DNA of 63,758 nucleotides, filler included, from Klebsormidium nitens (lineage: Eukaryota > Plantae > Klebsormidiophyceae), in NCBI GenBank assembly GCA_000708835.1. It is 6 parts of 6 records of this genome, joined end to end, with 100 filler letters (N's around TTAATTAATTAA, not from the genome) between each part and the next. Parts side by side here need not be neighbours in the genome. Positions count along the whole stretch, not along the records: positions 21,001 to 44,938 come from DF237865.1; 5 more parts are not named here. The stretch is one strand, 5' to 3'. The notes under the pieces were generated by a model, which searched no databases, had not been told where the DNA came from, and was given only the letters and a program-made list of their open reading frames with translations. The position numbers and the translations under genes are program-made. Below, piece by piece: positions 21,510 through 34,520 of this stretch. Every line of letters starts with the position of its first letter. Position 1 is the stretch's first letter.

Positions 21510-23847
21510 ATGGCCCTCGCGCTGGTCAGAGGTAGCTTGCGAGCTGGTTTCTGCGCCCGTGCTGGTCAGGTTTTTCAAGCAACCTCTGGGGCCTTCGACA
21601 TCGTTGATTCACAAACACTCACCGCAGACTGCAGAATTTCTCAGCAATCGGACGAAGGCAGGACCCTGCGGCTTTCAGAAGCAGGCTTTGCCTTCAGGTG
21701 CGGTCCGGTGATTGCGAACAATGGGTTTGGCAGTCTGCTTTTAAGCGTCAACACTTCTTCAGGGGCATGCAGCTTGTGTCGTCTTCAAAGGATTGCAAGA
21801 GGGAAGCTCTCTCTACTCTTGTCAATGATTGATATCAAACTCAGCGAATCCTCAAGAGAAGTTCTTTAGTGGGGTCTATGCATCTGTGCTCCTAGGTGTG
21901 TGTGCAGTTTCGCTGGCGCTGATATGGTCGAAGTTTTCTCCCGAGATAGCTGTCAGATATCCATCTTCTTGCCAGAGCGCACCTCTGCTATGAAACTTTA
22001 CTTCGTTTGCAAGTTATGCATTGATGAAGCAGTCCACCTATCCTCCTCACAGGGTGTGTCACAAACTTGATTAGGAAGGCGGTTTGCAGGTACTTTTGGA
22101 GCCAACAGAAACCGCACCACTCCATCGAGAACCTCGTTTCTTTCAAGCACCATTGAGCACGATGCCAAATGATCGAGTAGACCCCCAAGTAAATCTATTG
22201 GAGGAATGGCTATCCTAATTTTTGACAGACTAAAGAGTCAGACTTTGATTGGCTTTTCCAACAAATGGGGGGATAATTACTTCAACTATCATACAGATAG
22301 CTCAAGTCTATCGTCTCCCCTGAGCTGTTATCTCATTGACCGCAGGTCATCGTTCCATACGAGCAACCCACAATCTGACGCCACAACTAGCGGCGGTGGC
22401 AGCGCCTCTGCGGCAGAGTTGGAAGAGAAGCGGCGGAGCATCAACAAGATATTGTATCGCTCACGGCAGCGTGGACTGCTCGAACTGGACCTGTTAATCG
22501 GGAAATGGGCCTCCGAAAACGTGCCGCGGATGGACGGGCAGGCAATGGATCACTACACGCAAATACTGGACGAGGTGAGTGCCACGACTTTCACCCATTT
22601 TTAAGTATGTCCTACTGTTTGTTTTCCCGATATGGTCGGTTGGCTGCTGCTCTGCGTTGCTTTTAGTGGTTAGTAGAGAGACTTCTATTGGATCTTACCG
22701 TGTTGGTTGCCAACCTTTCACCTATTGACCTTCTAGAGACCTTTCTTTAGTCGCCTTCACATTTGACTGTGAGGCGTCACCTGCAAAGCAACCCTAGACC
22801 TCTGGTTGACAATTTCGTAGCTTACAAAACAGCCCCCAGATCAAGCGACTGAGAACTCCGTAGCTTCGTGTCTTATGTCAAAGGTTATCCTTTGGCTGTT
22901 GCGTCCAACGCACGAGAAGCAAGTCCTCAGCTGAAGAGATTGAGTTCAATGCAGTGACTTCAGAAAACTTTCGAAGACAAAAGCAGAACTTGGCTCTCTG
23001 CCTGACAATCATGTGGTTTACGAATGCAGAGCAGCACTGCAATTATCATCTTTTGGAGTTCAGACGAACGACTATACACAATTGAAGCGAGATTTCGATT
23101 GTTCCTAGTCAGCAGAAGTCCCAGATTTGAGTGCAAGTTCAACTTATTTGCTCAGTGTCGAGCTGCCCAAGCGGGTCTGAAAAGGCGCATCGGATCACGC
23201 TTGTCATGCGAAGGACCCATATTGCCTCCGGACAACCTCGATAAGAGATGGTTTTTCCATTTTGAGTTTGTGACATGATGCAGTAAGGCTAGCAGGTCGT
23301 AAAGTTTGTGGGTCCGATTTGAACAGTGAGTTATGCTTTGTTTTGCAGGAGAATCCCGATCTTTGGAAGTGGCTCACCGAACAGGCGGAAGCGCCCGCCG
23401 ACCTCAAAACCAACCCGGTGAGTAGGTTTTCGATGAGTACGCGGTTCGTTTTTGCATCTGTAACCACCAATCTTGTAAAGTCAATTATGGATGTGCCCGG
23501 AGTCCCATTCTCCTGATAATGGAGTTGATCGATTTGTTGGGATTTTTAGTCGTTGTGGAAGTCACGCTACTCGCTAGTCAAGCGACTTGCCGTTTTTACT
23601 TTGGGAAAGAAATGTCAAGGTTGTTGAGAGTCATTTTCCCGACAGCACGGTTTCTCCACCTTGCTGAGGATCTTACTATGCCCATGTGGTCAAATGACAG
23701 GTCTTCGAGTCGCTGTGTAAGTACGTTCGCAAGGACCTGGAAGCGAAAGCGGACCCGGCAACTAGGACGGAGCCAGGCAAGGCCTGGGTCCGCGGTTGGA
23801 ACGATTCGGATAGGAAAGTCGGCGGGCCTCCGGCAGGGAATCAGTGA
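21510..23847 (+). CDS. SDHAF2: Succinate dehydrogenase assembly factor 2 (Sdh5/flavinator), 4 exons
   Basis: Exons 21510-21697, 22346-22574, 23349-23417 and 23701-23847 splice in phase with GT-AG. Motifs KILYRSRQRGLLELDLLIGKW and ENPDLWKWL, plant-type tail WVRGWND...GNQ. Confidence 0.93.
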
Positions 23848-25067
23848 GGTCTCAAGGTTTTGTCTATAGTCGATATTAGTCTAAAAGGCTGGCATAAACG
23901 GGTCGTTTTATGAATATTTTTGACCCCGCGTTTTGGCTTGGGGAGGACGGAAGGTCAAAAAGGATCAAGATACCTCTATTGCAAGCTAGTCGTCGTGACA
24001 ATCACTTAGCGACGATTCGACGAGATCATTACACTGGTCGAGCATGATTGTTGCCTGACAAATCATCAGGCTTTGGAAGCACCATGGCCGGCATTTGCTT
24101 CGCGGCCCGGGCGACAGCTGGGCCTCGGGCCCGTCAATCGCTTCTGTCCTCGCTCGAATGGGCATGCAGGATATGCAGTTGTGGTCGACAGCTAGGTGTG
24201 GTGATCATGCAGCGAGCAAACAAGGCCCATCGCGAGCTTACTGCGACCTTGAGGCTCGCACGTAAGCTCTGTTCGGCACCGTCGGACTATCATTCCGATC
24301 AAATGATTCCGTTTGCATATTACATAATAATTGTAGAATGTCGATCGACTGAATTGTCTCGGCCGACCATTTACTTACTACAAGACGACGTCTCCAAGAA
24401 TGTTATGACCACTGTCGTGCGCAAGCGCTTCATATATAGTATACGCGTGCATGGCGCGTCCGACACATGGTTGCACTAAAATCGATCAGCTAGGCTATAG
24501 CAGAGACCCATAGGTCGGTCTGCATATATCAGCGCTGCCGCCGCCACACATGTGATATCGCTCATGTGACTATTGACCATGTCAATTATGATGCGCGAAA
24601 CTTGGTATGCACACTCATGTGCATACGGCTTATCAGTACACCATATGCGTGATCGAGGCCGCGGCCGGCCACGTTGTATATACCGTACGCACGGCAAACG
24701 ATTCAAGCAGCCGGGGCGGGCTGAGCCGGCCTCCTAATTGCATGCAGATGTTTATAGCTAGGGCGGCAGCGGCGCATCCTTGCAGCATGTCCCAAAGGAC
24801 CGTCACTGATGATGGCTTGCATGATGTACAGGGTTTGACGTTCACAGAATAATGTGTACACTGACCTTTAGTCCAATCAGATCGGGTCATCTTTGATCAC
24901 CGCGGGTGTTGACAAGGAACCTCTCTGGCTGCCGCTCTGGAGATTTCTTGTCACCAAGAATTAGGCAGGTTGTGACCAACACAAATGCGGATGGCACCAT
25001 GCTTCCAACGAATCTACGACAAGCTTCCGACTAGAGTACACCAGAGGATGGCCAGTTTCGTCAACGC

Positions 25068-28000
25068 TCACCCGAAGGCGAATGTCCTTGCAACCATTGG
25101 CCGCGTTCTGGCTAAACCTTGCGACGATGGTAGACGACTAGGTACGCCAACTGGCCTGTCTAAGCTGAACACTCGTACAGGGCACCTCTGGGCCGCTTGA
25201 TTTCTACAGAGCCTTTTTACATCTAACCGAGCGAATGTGCTCGGGACTTGGGGACCAACACGCGTGCGGGCTGCACTCGTTTTCGGGCAGCCCAGGAATA
25301 GTGGAAGACTACCAGATCGACGCCCCCCAAGGGCTAATACTGAGGGTGTGACCACGTTCGCAGCCGATGCGCGGCTGACGTTTCGACTAGTGCTCACGGG
25401 CGCTCGCGCAGGCCCCGCCCCGTTCTCGCTGCCCCCCGGGCCGTACCTCCGTCGCGCCCGCTCGGCCACCTTCCGCGCGTCGTGTGGGTAACCCAACCGG
25501 ATCAACCCACTGGTTAGCAGCTCGTAGCAGTTGTTATCCACCTCTAACCCTTCCCGCTCCATTACGTCCAGCACTTTCTGCGCCTCCTTCGGCAGCTCCG
25601 CCTGGATGTACCCCCGTATCAGGATCGCGAAAATGTCGGGCGACGGTTTTACGCCCGTCTCGCGCATTTTGTCGAGCACTTTCAGGGCCCGGTCCATCTG
25701 CCCGGTGATGCACCAACCGGTCACTATGGTGGCGAAAAAAATGACGTTCGGTTGCAGACCCCGAGAGAGCATCTCGTCTAGGGTCGCCTCCGCCTTCTCG
25801 GGTTGCCGGGAGCGCATGTAACCTGGAAAGGGAAGATGCGAACGCACTCTCAGCTTGTTTCTTTGGCGGGTGAAAGGCTGTCCTGGAGAATCGAGCGAGC
25901 CATTGCACTACAACGCAACAGATGAAAAGTCGGCACTTGGCCATGCTGAAGCAGATGGAGACAATGGGCGTCTTACTTGATCGCTCAAACGCCTGCCGGC
26001 TCGCAATCTCTCCTGAGAAGCTTTTGCGAACCAACGACAGTCAGAAATAAAACACGAGCGCCCGCATCATCCCAGATATAACGGGAGAAAAGTCACACAC
26101 TTTGCCAAAATCCTGCATGTATTTGAGAGTTAAGCGCAACCCCACAGGGCACCATGGCTGCCGACTGAATCAGGCAGGACCTTCGAATACTGGTTCCGTC
26201 ATGCCACAAGGAAACGAGACGCAAGCACCCACCACATCTGCGTTCCGATGCTGCACCCAGCCCGGCTCCAACAACCCTAACAGGCACGCATGTTTGATTC
26301 GTCCAGATCCGACCCACTACTAGTTGTTCCACCAACATCTCTATCCGACGGCCTGGCAGCGTCTTGCATCTCAACATCATGCACTTTGGCAGGGGGCCGG
26401 ACAGAGAAGGTCTTCTCCGAACGTATAAAGACTTTGCGCGGAAGACGTACCTTTTGCTAGGGTGCTGTAGACGCGCATGTCGGGCGCGACCCCGGAGGCG
26501 AGCATGCTGGCCAGGATCTGACGCGCCCCGTCGACGTCCCCCGCGTCACACATGGCGTTCATTGCGATGGAGTATGACAGCAGGTCGGGCTGCAGGCCAG
26601 ATACGACCATGTCCAGGAGCACCTGCAGAGAAACGGGTTATGGGAGGTTTAGAGTGTGGTTTAAAGAAAGGCCGAGAGGGACTATAGGCTTGGTAGGAAT
26701 CAGAGGGTTTCATCAGTGGCGTAAGACAGCAGGTCGGGGTGCAGGCCCGAGACGACCATGTCCGGGAGCACCTGCGAACAACGGGGTAACGAGGAGTTTA
26801 GCAATCGCTTTGAAGTATATCTCAGTCTAGATAAATCGTACTGAATAATATACTTTTTTGCGGGTGGACAGGCTGCAGGTCACAGGCGAGATGTCCAAGA
26901 GCACCGGAGAAGAGAGGGGGATGTTAAGGGGATGTTTAGGGTTGGACATCAGGGTGGTCGGCCTTTGAAGGAGAGTCGACTTGAGACGGGTTTTGGGCAA
27001 GGGTTAAGAGGGGAACATGGGAAAGTGGTACACAGAAGGTCAGGCTGCGGGCCTGAAAGAACCAGGTCCATGAGCACCTGCGAAAAGAGAGTAAGAACGG
27101 AGCGCAGAGCACGGACTAGAGAGGACTTCGCAGCCGATGTAAGGGCTGGTTTCTGAGGGAGCGTCTTAGCAACAGAATACAATCGCAGGCCGAACAATTA
27201 AACCTGCGGCAGGGGGGATAGAATGCTGACGCTGGCTTTTACAAGAAAATTTGACTGGCTTTCTATACAAATCAAGGGAGGAAAGTGGAGATGGCAACAT
27301 GGAGCGGGAGAGGCGTTACGATCAAGAGCTAGAAAAGACTCTGGCGGATGTACGAAAGGAAGGCCGCGCGCTTCGGAGCTTCAAGATTTGAAGGTTACCA
27401 ATCATTGAAAAGGAGGTTTTTGTTTGGGGCCTTGCTGTCCGCCCTCGTGGGACATAGCTTCGTCTACCTCCATCAGCCAGGCAAACATTCCCAATGCCTT
27501 CATTTACGAGTCAGGAAGACTTTCATATACGAGTCAGGAAGAACAAGCATTGTGCCCAGGATGCCGAGAGAAAGAAAAACCAGTTCGGAGGTCGTGCCCA
27601 CCCCTGATGGACTTCCCAATTGTGGCCATCGCTCAATGCTTGCCAGTCTATTCCTTAGGTTCAACCGAGCACATGAATTCAGGCTTCGGGGCTTGCCACA
27701 AATGAGAAAAACTCACACGAGCAGTGCGCACGGCCTTCGCTTCCTCGATGTCAGCCTTGCCCCTGAAAACGTGAACACTTTCCAGCTTGACAGGAAATCC
27801 TTCGACCCAAGTAGAAACGAGTGCCTTGGACATGTCAATAGGTTGAACGAGAGCGGAACCGGAGGAATGAACTTAGGTCAAACTGTGTCACGCACCCGCT
27901 TGAGCCCCTCAATGTCGGCCTTGCGTGCGTAGCCCTTGAGCAGCGTGTTGTAGATGATCGCATTCGGCGCGATCTTGCGCACACGCATGTCCTCCAGCAG

Positions 28001-29047
28001 CCCCAAGCTGCGCCGCAGGTCGCCCTGGTTGCAGTAGCCGTTCATCAGCGTGCCATACGTGACCTGCAGACGCTGACGTCAGGATGAGCGCCGTGGTGAC
28101 GTGTGATGACGGATGATGATCTATATTGGTGCGAGTGGTGTGGGATTACTCCCCCATGTGCTGAAAGGTCCTAGGAGGTCGTGCTAATCGATGAAAAATG
28201 GCGTTGATCAGAGAGGGGTGGGATTCGCATCCAGGGACTCTTTTTCTCTTTCAAATAGCAGGTGACTCAGGAGCTAAGAAGTCGAGCCCATCCTCGCCTC
28301 TGTTGGTTCGACGCACGCGTCGAGCATCTCCCGAAGCACCGCTTCCGCCGAGTCCAGCCTTTCTAGTTCGGCGTACCCCCGTATCAAGGTGTTATACGTC
28401 ATCGCATCCGGCTTCAGCCCCACGCTTTTCATCGCCTCGAGCGCCCGCCACGCCTCCTCAATCCTCCCCTCCCGGCACCACGCGTTGATCAGCGTGTTAA
28501 ACGTCGTTAGGTTAGGCTTAACCCCGGCCTCCTTGACCATCCGCACGAGGAGCTGCACGGCATCCTGACCCTTCCCTGCTTTTGCAAACCCCTTCATCAG
28601 AGTGTTGAACGTCGCCGCGGTTGGCGCGCACCCCCCCGCCTGCATCTCCTCAACGATCGCCATCGCTTCTTCCATCCGGCCGGCTTCGACGCACCCGTTC
28701 ACAAGTGTGTTGTACGTTAAACTGTCCGGCGCCGCCCCACCTTCCTTCATCACCCGCAGAACCTCCTTGATCTCCCCCCCCCGCCCCGCGTTCATCAGCC
28801 CCTTCAGCAACGCAGTATACGTGACCACGTTCGGTTTGTGCAGATCCCGCTCGATGACCCCGAACAGCTCTTTCGCGGCGTCCGCCTCGCCCTTGTTTGC
28901 AAACTGGTTGATGCGCTTCGTTCGGGTCATGACCACCCGACAGGGCCCCGGGCGCGTTCCGAAGCAGATGGGGCAGGGGCGCCCGATGTTGGGGCACTCG
29001 GAGCGCACGTGGTCTTCCTCGCCGCAGCGGGTGCACCATGGCTGGTC
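25068..29047 (-). CDS. P-class pentatricopeptide repeat protein with an N-terminal CCHC zinc knuckle (resembles the Arabidopsis At5g21222/At5g25630 group); further 5' exons likely up to ~30.3-31.0 kb
   Basis: Exons 29047-28298, 28063-27896, 26622-26451 and 25822-25068 splice in frame. Many 35-aa PPR motifs (PNVVTYTALL, PDSLTYNTLV, PNAIIYNTLL). The 5' exon structure is not resolved. Confidence 0.9.
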
Positions 29048-31105
29048 CTGCAGTTAGTAATGTAATGTTTTGCCCTTTCTGTTTGCGCACCCTTTTCTCT
29101 TGATTCGTTCGAACCATCTCAAGTTCCCGCTTGTTTCAACCACTACCCGCCATAAGGGGCAGAAAATCACATGCTGAGATTCTTTGGCGTTTCAGCTGCG
29201 ACCCAGTTTTGGACCTTGGACCTTCAAGCTGGACCACTGAACAGATGACATACTGCAATGACTTCAATGCAGTGGGTACACTGAAGGAGGTGAAAGCGTC
29301 CTCTTGTGCCTGCTGCAAGTCTTTCTTTCCATTTTGACTCAACAGATTTAGATCTCTGCCTGCAGATTAGACCTCTGCGGACCCAGCCCCTCACACGACC
29401 CAGGCTGCCAAGCAGTTACTCGAACGACCAGGACGCTAGCTGAATGCAAGATGCTGAGCCCTTCCATTACACTGTGCGCTGAGATGTCCACACTTTATAT
29501 GTTCTCTAAACAATGCAACAGCTCGTTTTTTAGTTGCTTCACAATGTTGTCACAAGAGGCCCTCACTTCATCAACTGGCCACTCCCAACAGCACACTTTC
29601 AGAGTCTGCCGACAAATTTCATCAAGAGGAGTGCTCCATTGAAAGTCAACCTATGGGATTTCTAAGAATCACATTCCTGTACTCAAGGAAAGTTCCGTGA
29701 ATCTGGTATGAGAACCAGTTGGAAAATCGGGAAAGGCAGGAAAGAGGTGCTCAACTGTGAGATGGTGCACAAACAACAAACTGACAATGTATTTTCTACG
29801 CTTCTTATCAAACCCAAGATCATTTCGAGGTTTGTGCCCAGCATGTACTGTGGCATGGGGAGGGCACAGATTGACCATTACCAAGAAAGAGAAAATACAA
29901 TGATCCTGCCACCAAGCAATTCTTGAAGGGAAGAAGGATGTAGCCTGACTGTCAAGAAACAGGCAACAAGAAAGCCTTCGTACTTTAGAATTTCAAACCG
30001 CAAGGAGTGCACTAAGAGAGCAACTGAAATGTAGCAGGAGCGCTTGCATTACAGAAGCACCTTACCTTTCTAACTTTTCCAGCTTTTGTAGCACTCTGGC
30101 TTGTGGTTGCAGAACTTGCGCTCAAGCCCCTGTCATTATCCCGCCTCCACACTTGCCTTGGGGCTTCATTGCGCTTGCTTCCGCCAACCAAAGCGTCTCC
30201 CAGCCTTGCCACCTGCTGGGTAGCCCGCTCGTTCCCCTCCATTTCTGTGTGCCGCTCAATGCGGTGCCAGCTAGCTCTTGCACTGGGGTGTTTCAACAGC
30301 AAAAGCTGCCAGCAGTCACGCCCATAAATTCATTGAATCAGGGCTGAAGCTGGATCAGACTATGGAATGCTGTCACAGAGTATTATATGCGCGTCATCAT
30401 CCACTTATATAGCAGGCCCAATTCAGAACTGGTGGGACGTTTGTAGTCTGGCACGCGCACTAGAAATATATGAATGCTCGTCCTGCGACAATTACATGAT
30501 TGACTGCATATGCTGGTGAGGCCCTCCCCTTATGCGTTCCAGAATCACGGATATGGCCTCCTAAGACACGAAGCCAAGCCAACAGGAGTAGCTGGAGTGG
30601 CATGGAAGAGCGCTTTCACAGCTAGGGACATCATCATGTCAAAGTGAGAGGAAGAAGCCTACATTGATTCTAATATTGCCACTGCCAGGTCAGGTTCAGC
30701 AGCCTGTCAGGGAGACTGCAGGCAATGCTGCATAACTATCTTCTTATCTGAATCCAGGGCGCCCTTGGATGCTCGCAGGCAATTGGAAACTGAAAACAGT
30801 GACTGTGACGCTGTGCTTGAGCATTTGGGTTTCTGATCATTGGGAGACTGAGAACAGGACCTGAAAGTGGAAAGAAGATAAAGCACTGCCTGCGCATCTC
30901 TCGCGCTTGCAGCAGAAGCAAAATCAAGCTTCATCACAGAGCTGACGTGAAGTTGCATAAGAAATAGTCTCTAGAGGGCGGCAGAGACTTTGTGCCAAAA
31001 CTTGCCTTCTCCACTGACCGCACTTAAATTCATCGAGCATCTAACCCCAACAGACTCACAAAAAGGTGGTACAACTATCTATACCACTTTTGGCAAGTTG
31101 CTTCG

Positions 31106-33300
31106 ATGGAGCCTGGGAGTGCGGGCTTGGAACAGCAGGAAGATGACTATGACAGTGCCGCTTACTTGGCTGAAGATGTGAAGAACCTTCCAGAAAGGCC
31201 AGTTCCTGCTGTCCAACGAAACTTCACGCAGTACTTTGCACTAGGTGAATTACAACACACTTCCCCATCCTGGTTTGGATTGGGGGAATCGCCAGAGAAG
31301 GGAATGCCTTCTGGTCTCCGTGCATTGATATGCTGGTGGGGACTTGAACATTTCACTATGGTCCTTCTTAGGAAAACACTTCAAGGATTTGGGGCATGAA
31401 GGGACCTTCTGCCTTGTTCCAAGCTGGAGACACTACTTGATATGTCTAATTTATGTTCTGACCAATGGGAGTAACTAAGCTGCCAGCTTCTTTCATGCAG
31501 ATGTAAATGGTATCCAAGGGCATGATCAATATATCTACAGGCATCCAAACGGGTAAGTATGACGATGCTCCAAACCTCTCATTAACCTGTTAACAATTAC
31601 ATGAAGAGCATTAGTTTTGATTCATAGCTGCTGCAATACTCCGAGCGCAAAGGACAAATCTGTAAGGTCTTAAAGTCAGACCCATGAATCAGGTGCGATG
31701 GAAAAGTCTCTCGACAAGTGCGCTAACAGTGTCACCGACCAATTTGCTCAATACATGTGCAGTCTATGCATCGTCGGGCTCGCACCGTCCCACCCTGCTT
31801 TGCAGCCGGGCCGGAATATTCAAAGAGTTGACTTCAACTTGAAGAAGGACGGGAAAGGCCATGAAGACATGAAAGGGAAGCTAAAACGGGTAAGAAGCTT
31901 GTTTGTCATCGGTGTTCCTGGCCCTACTCCGCGCGCGACTCTGATGTTCTTGAATATAAAGCTTTTGATGTCGTCGGGGACGCTCTGAATGCAGTAGCTG
32001 CGTTGACGGACTTATAATCAAGTCGAAGATTGGCGTCTGGTTCGTTGGTTCAGCTTACCCAGCGCACGAGCAGATGATTTGTTGCCTAATGGACCTGAAG
32101 GATGCCGTCCCCCTTCTACAGTCCTCCCACAGCAACAGCTTGAGAACTGTGTTGCTGCACGAAGCTCCAAATCGACCTGAACGCTCCTCGTGCCAAAACT
32201 CGAACCAGCCAGCATGCAATGTAATTCTGCCTCCTTGCAGAATGCTCAGCCTCTTCAAGCAAACTCGCATCTCTGCAAGGTGGTGATGGACGATGGCATG
32301 GTGTTCAACGTCCGGTGAGCTTGCTGTCCGTTGCTTCCTTCGGTCGAAACTTAAGGTAGGCAAGAAACGTTCTAATAACGAGGAAGTTTGATCGGAAAGC
32401 TCGACTGCATCTGAAGATCCAAGATTCTGTGCCGAATAGACCCGCCTGTTTCCAGATGATGATAAGACATTCTGGCCATGGTGGAATGTTTACGTGCGAC
32501 CTGCACTTCATCTTGCCAATATCTGCTTCAATTTCTTAGAAACAGTCCAGGTGCGCAATCGTTTGTTGAGACGCTGCTGAAACGCCGTGTTCTAGTAAGC
32601 TCTTCCGAACGAGTGGATGCATCTCGCGGGAAATAATTTCGCTAGCGGAACGTCTTGTGATCCTCCGTTTTTACATTCGAATATTAACGTTATTACTTGT
32701 TCTTTTCCAGGTACGGCTTGCAAGGGGTTCTGCTAGAAAAAAACTCTAGGTTGGCGGAAGATTCCAAGCTCTTGCAAGATAAGGTGCGTCTTTCTCAGGT
32801 CTCGGGACTGCCCTTTTTAGCGCAATCACTCGGTTGCGCTTCATATAGCATTCGAAGTCCACGGGGGAAAACTTGTGTATCTCGTGCCATAACTTCGACC
32901 TTGACGTCCAACACACATAAGAAGTCCAATGAAACCCCATTTGGAAAAGCGAAGCAGAAAAGTGGTGCTTTTCTTTCATTAGGGCCCTGCGTACCCCATA
33001 TTCTCTTCTTGGGACTTCTCCTGAGAGGTTTGTGTCCCAACTTGGATCCCGGCACTTCACCGATGACCAGTGTTACTTTGAAACTGCATCGAATCTGTGG
33101 GATTTCTTCAGTTTACACCTCTTACCGACCCTTCTCGAGAAAGCGAGGACGATCGCTCTCGAGTATCCTTGCAGGCCGCAACGGAGGGGTTTCTCGCCAT
33201 CCTTATGCCACGGCCGGAGGCATGGGTACAGACGGAAAAGAATCTTCTCAGCCTAGAACAGTATCTTCTTCAAAAAGGAAGCGTGGTGCCGAGCGGGTGA
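31106..33300 (+). CDS. ABITRAM: Abitram/FAM206A (Simiate)-like protein, 6 exons
   Basis: Exons 31106-31244, 31501-31552, 31763-31889, 32241-32314, 32711-32783 and 33175-33300 are phase-consistent. Motifs HDQYIYRHPNGLCIVGLAPSHP, GVLLEKNSRL, TEGFLAILMP. Confidence 0.88.
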
Positions 33301-34520
33301 TTCGGTAGCCTAGTACAGCCGCATGGCCCTAGCTCCTGCAGGAGCATATCCTCGCTTGCCAAGAGGCCCTCCAGACTGCACGTCTCGATTCGTAAAAGCT
33401 AGCCAGAATGCCCTCCAAATCACAGGTCGTGGTTTTGCTTGAGAACTTGTATCAGGCTTGATGCACAATGAGCATCGCTTTAACCCATCTAAGTTGAGGT
33501 CATTTTGCATAAGGCCCCGCTAATGGTGCCAGTATTGCTGTCGGTCAATATAATGCTTTTCAATGAAAAATGAACGGATCTAGCATGTATCACAGAATTT
33601 CTAGCGGACGTTAGGCAGGATGTCTCGTGTTGCCGTGCTTCCGTTGGTTCCTCCAATAAGATAGTCTAGATTGTGTTTGCTATCAAAACATTTAGCTCCT
33701 CTTGTTTGATTTATACAAGAAATTAGGTGTACTTGGCCCATATCGGTCTCCGCAAAGAAAGTAATACCTAACTACCGTAGCCGAGTGCGTTGACTTCCCG
33801 GCGCGAACAAAATGCCAGCATGAGGGTTCGATCCGGCGGAATTGGGTTCCGCTGCTTATGTGTAAATGGAGCGGAACGGTTGAGCTGCAAACTTTAAACC
33901 GAGCTATGCGCGCGCAGACGTGCGATGCAGGCTTTGCAGCTCACAATCTTCGCCCAGCTAGAGGTTCGAGAGCAGCTGGTCGCCTCTGCATGGAGCCGAC
34001 TGCTCTTTATGCATGTGGTTGGATGTCCTTCTGCCTCTCTGCACAGTGCATCAATCAAAGCTGTATTTCTGGGGCATTCAGCAACAACACCATCGCAGCA
34101 ATGCCGATAGAACAAAATCACCTCTGAAAACCACGCTGCGTAGCTGCAGTTGCATATTTCCTGGAAGCTGGCAATTGAAGCTCATACTCCACTGCTGATC
34201 GCCACCATCAACAGGGCAGTCACCCATTTCGGCTGATGTGAGCAGCACATGCTTCTCCTTACAGCATTCCAGCCCGCCTCCCCATGTGAGACCAAGATAG
34301 GCTGACAAACTGCGCTCCTGGCAGGGTTGCTGTGTTGAATCCAGCTTCTTAGGGCCATACTTTAGTGCTTTCGCAGACTGCTTCCAGCACGTAAGCAGAA
34401 TCCAATCAAAAAACTTCTTCACATTCTTAGTCAGACTGTCCTAGAAAGTAAAAGTTGCGCCTCTGATGGAATTGAGCAGGACTCTGACTCAAAATCCTCC
34501 TGGAATTGAGAGCCTCAGCA

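Noticed and set aside
33771-33850. Functional tRNA gene
   Set aside because: A and B boxes are present but the stems do not pair; kept only as a low-interest SINE-like finding.
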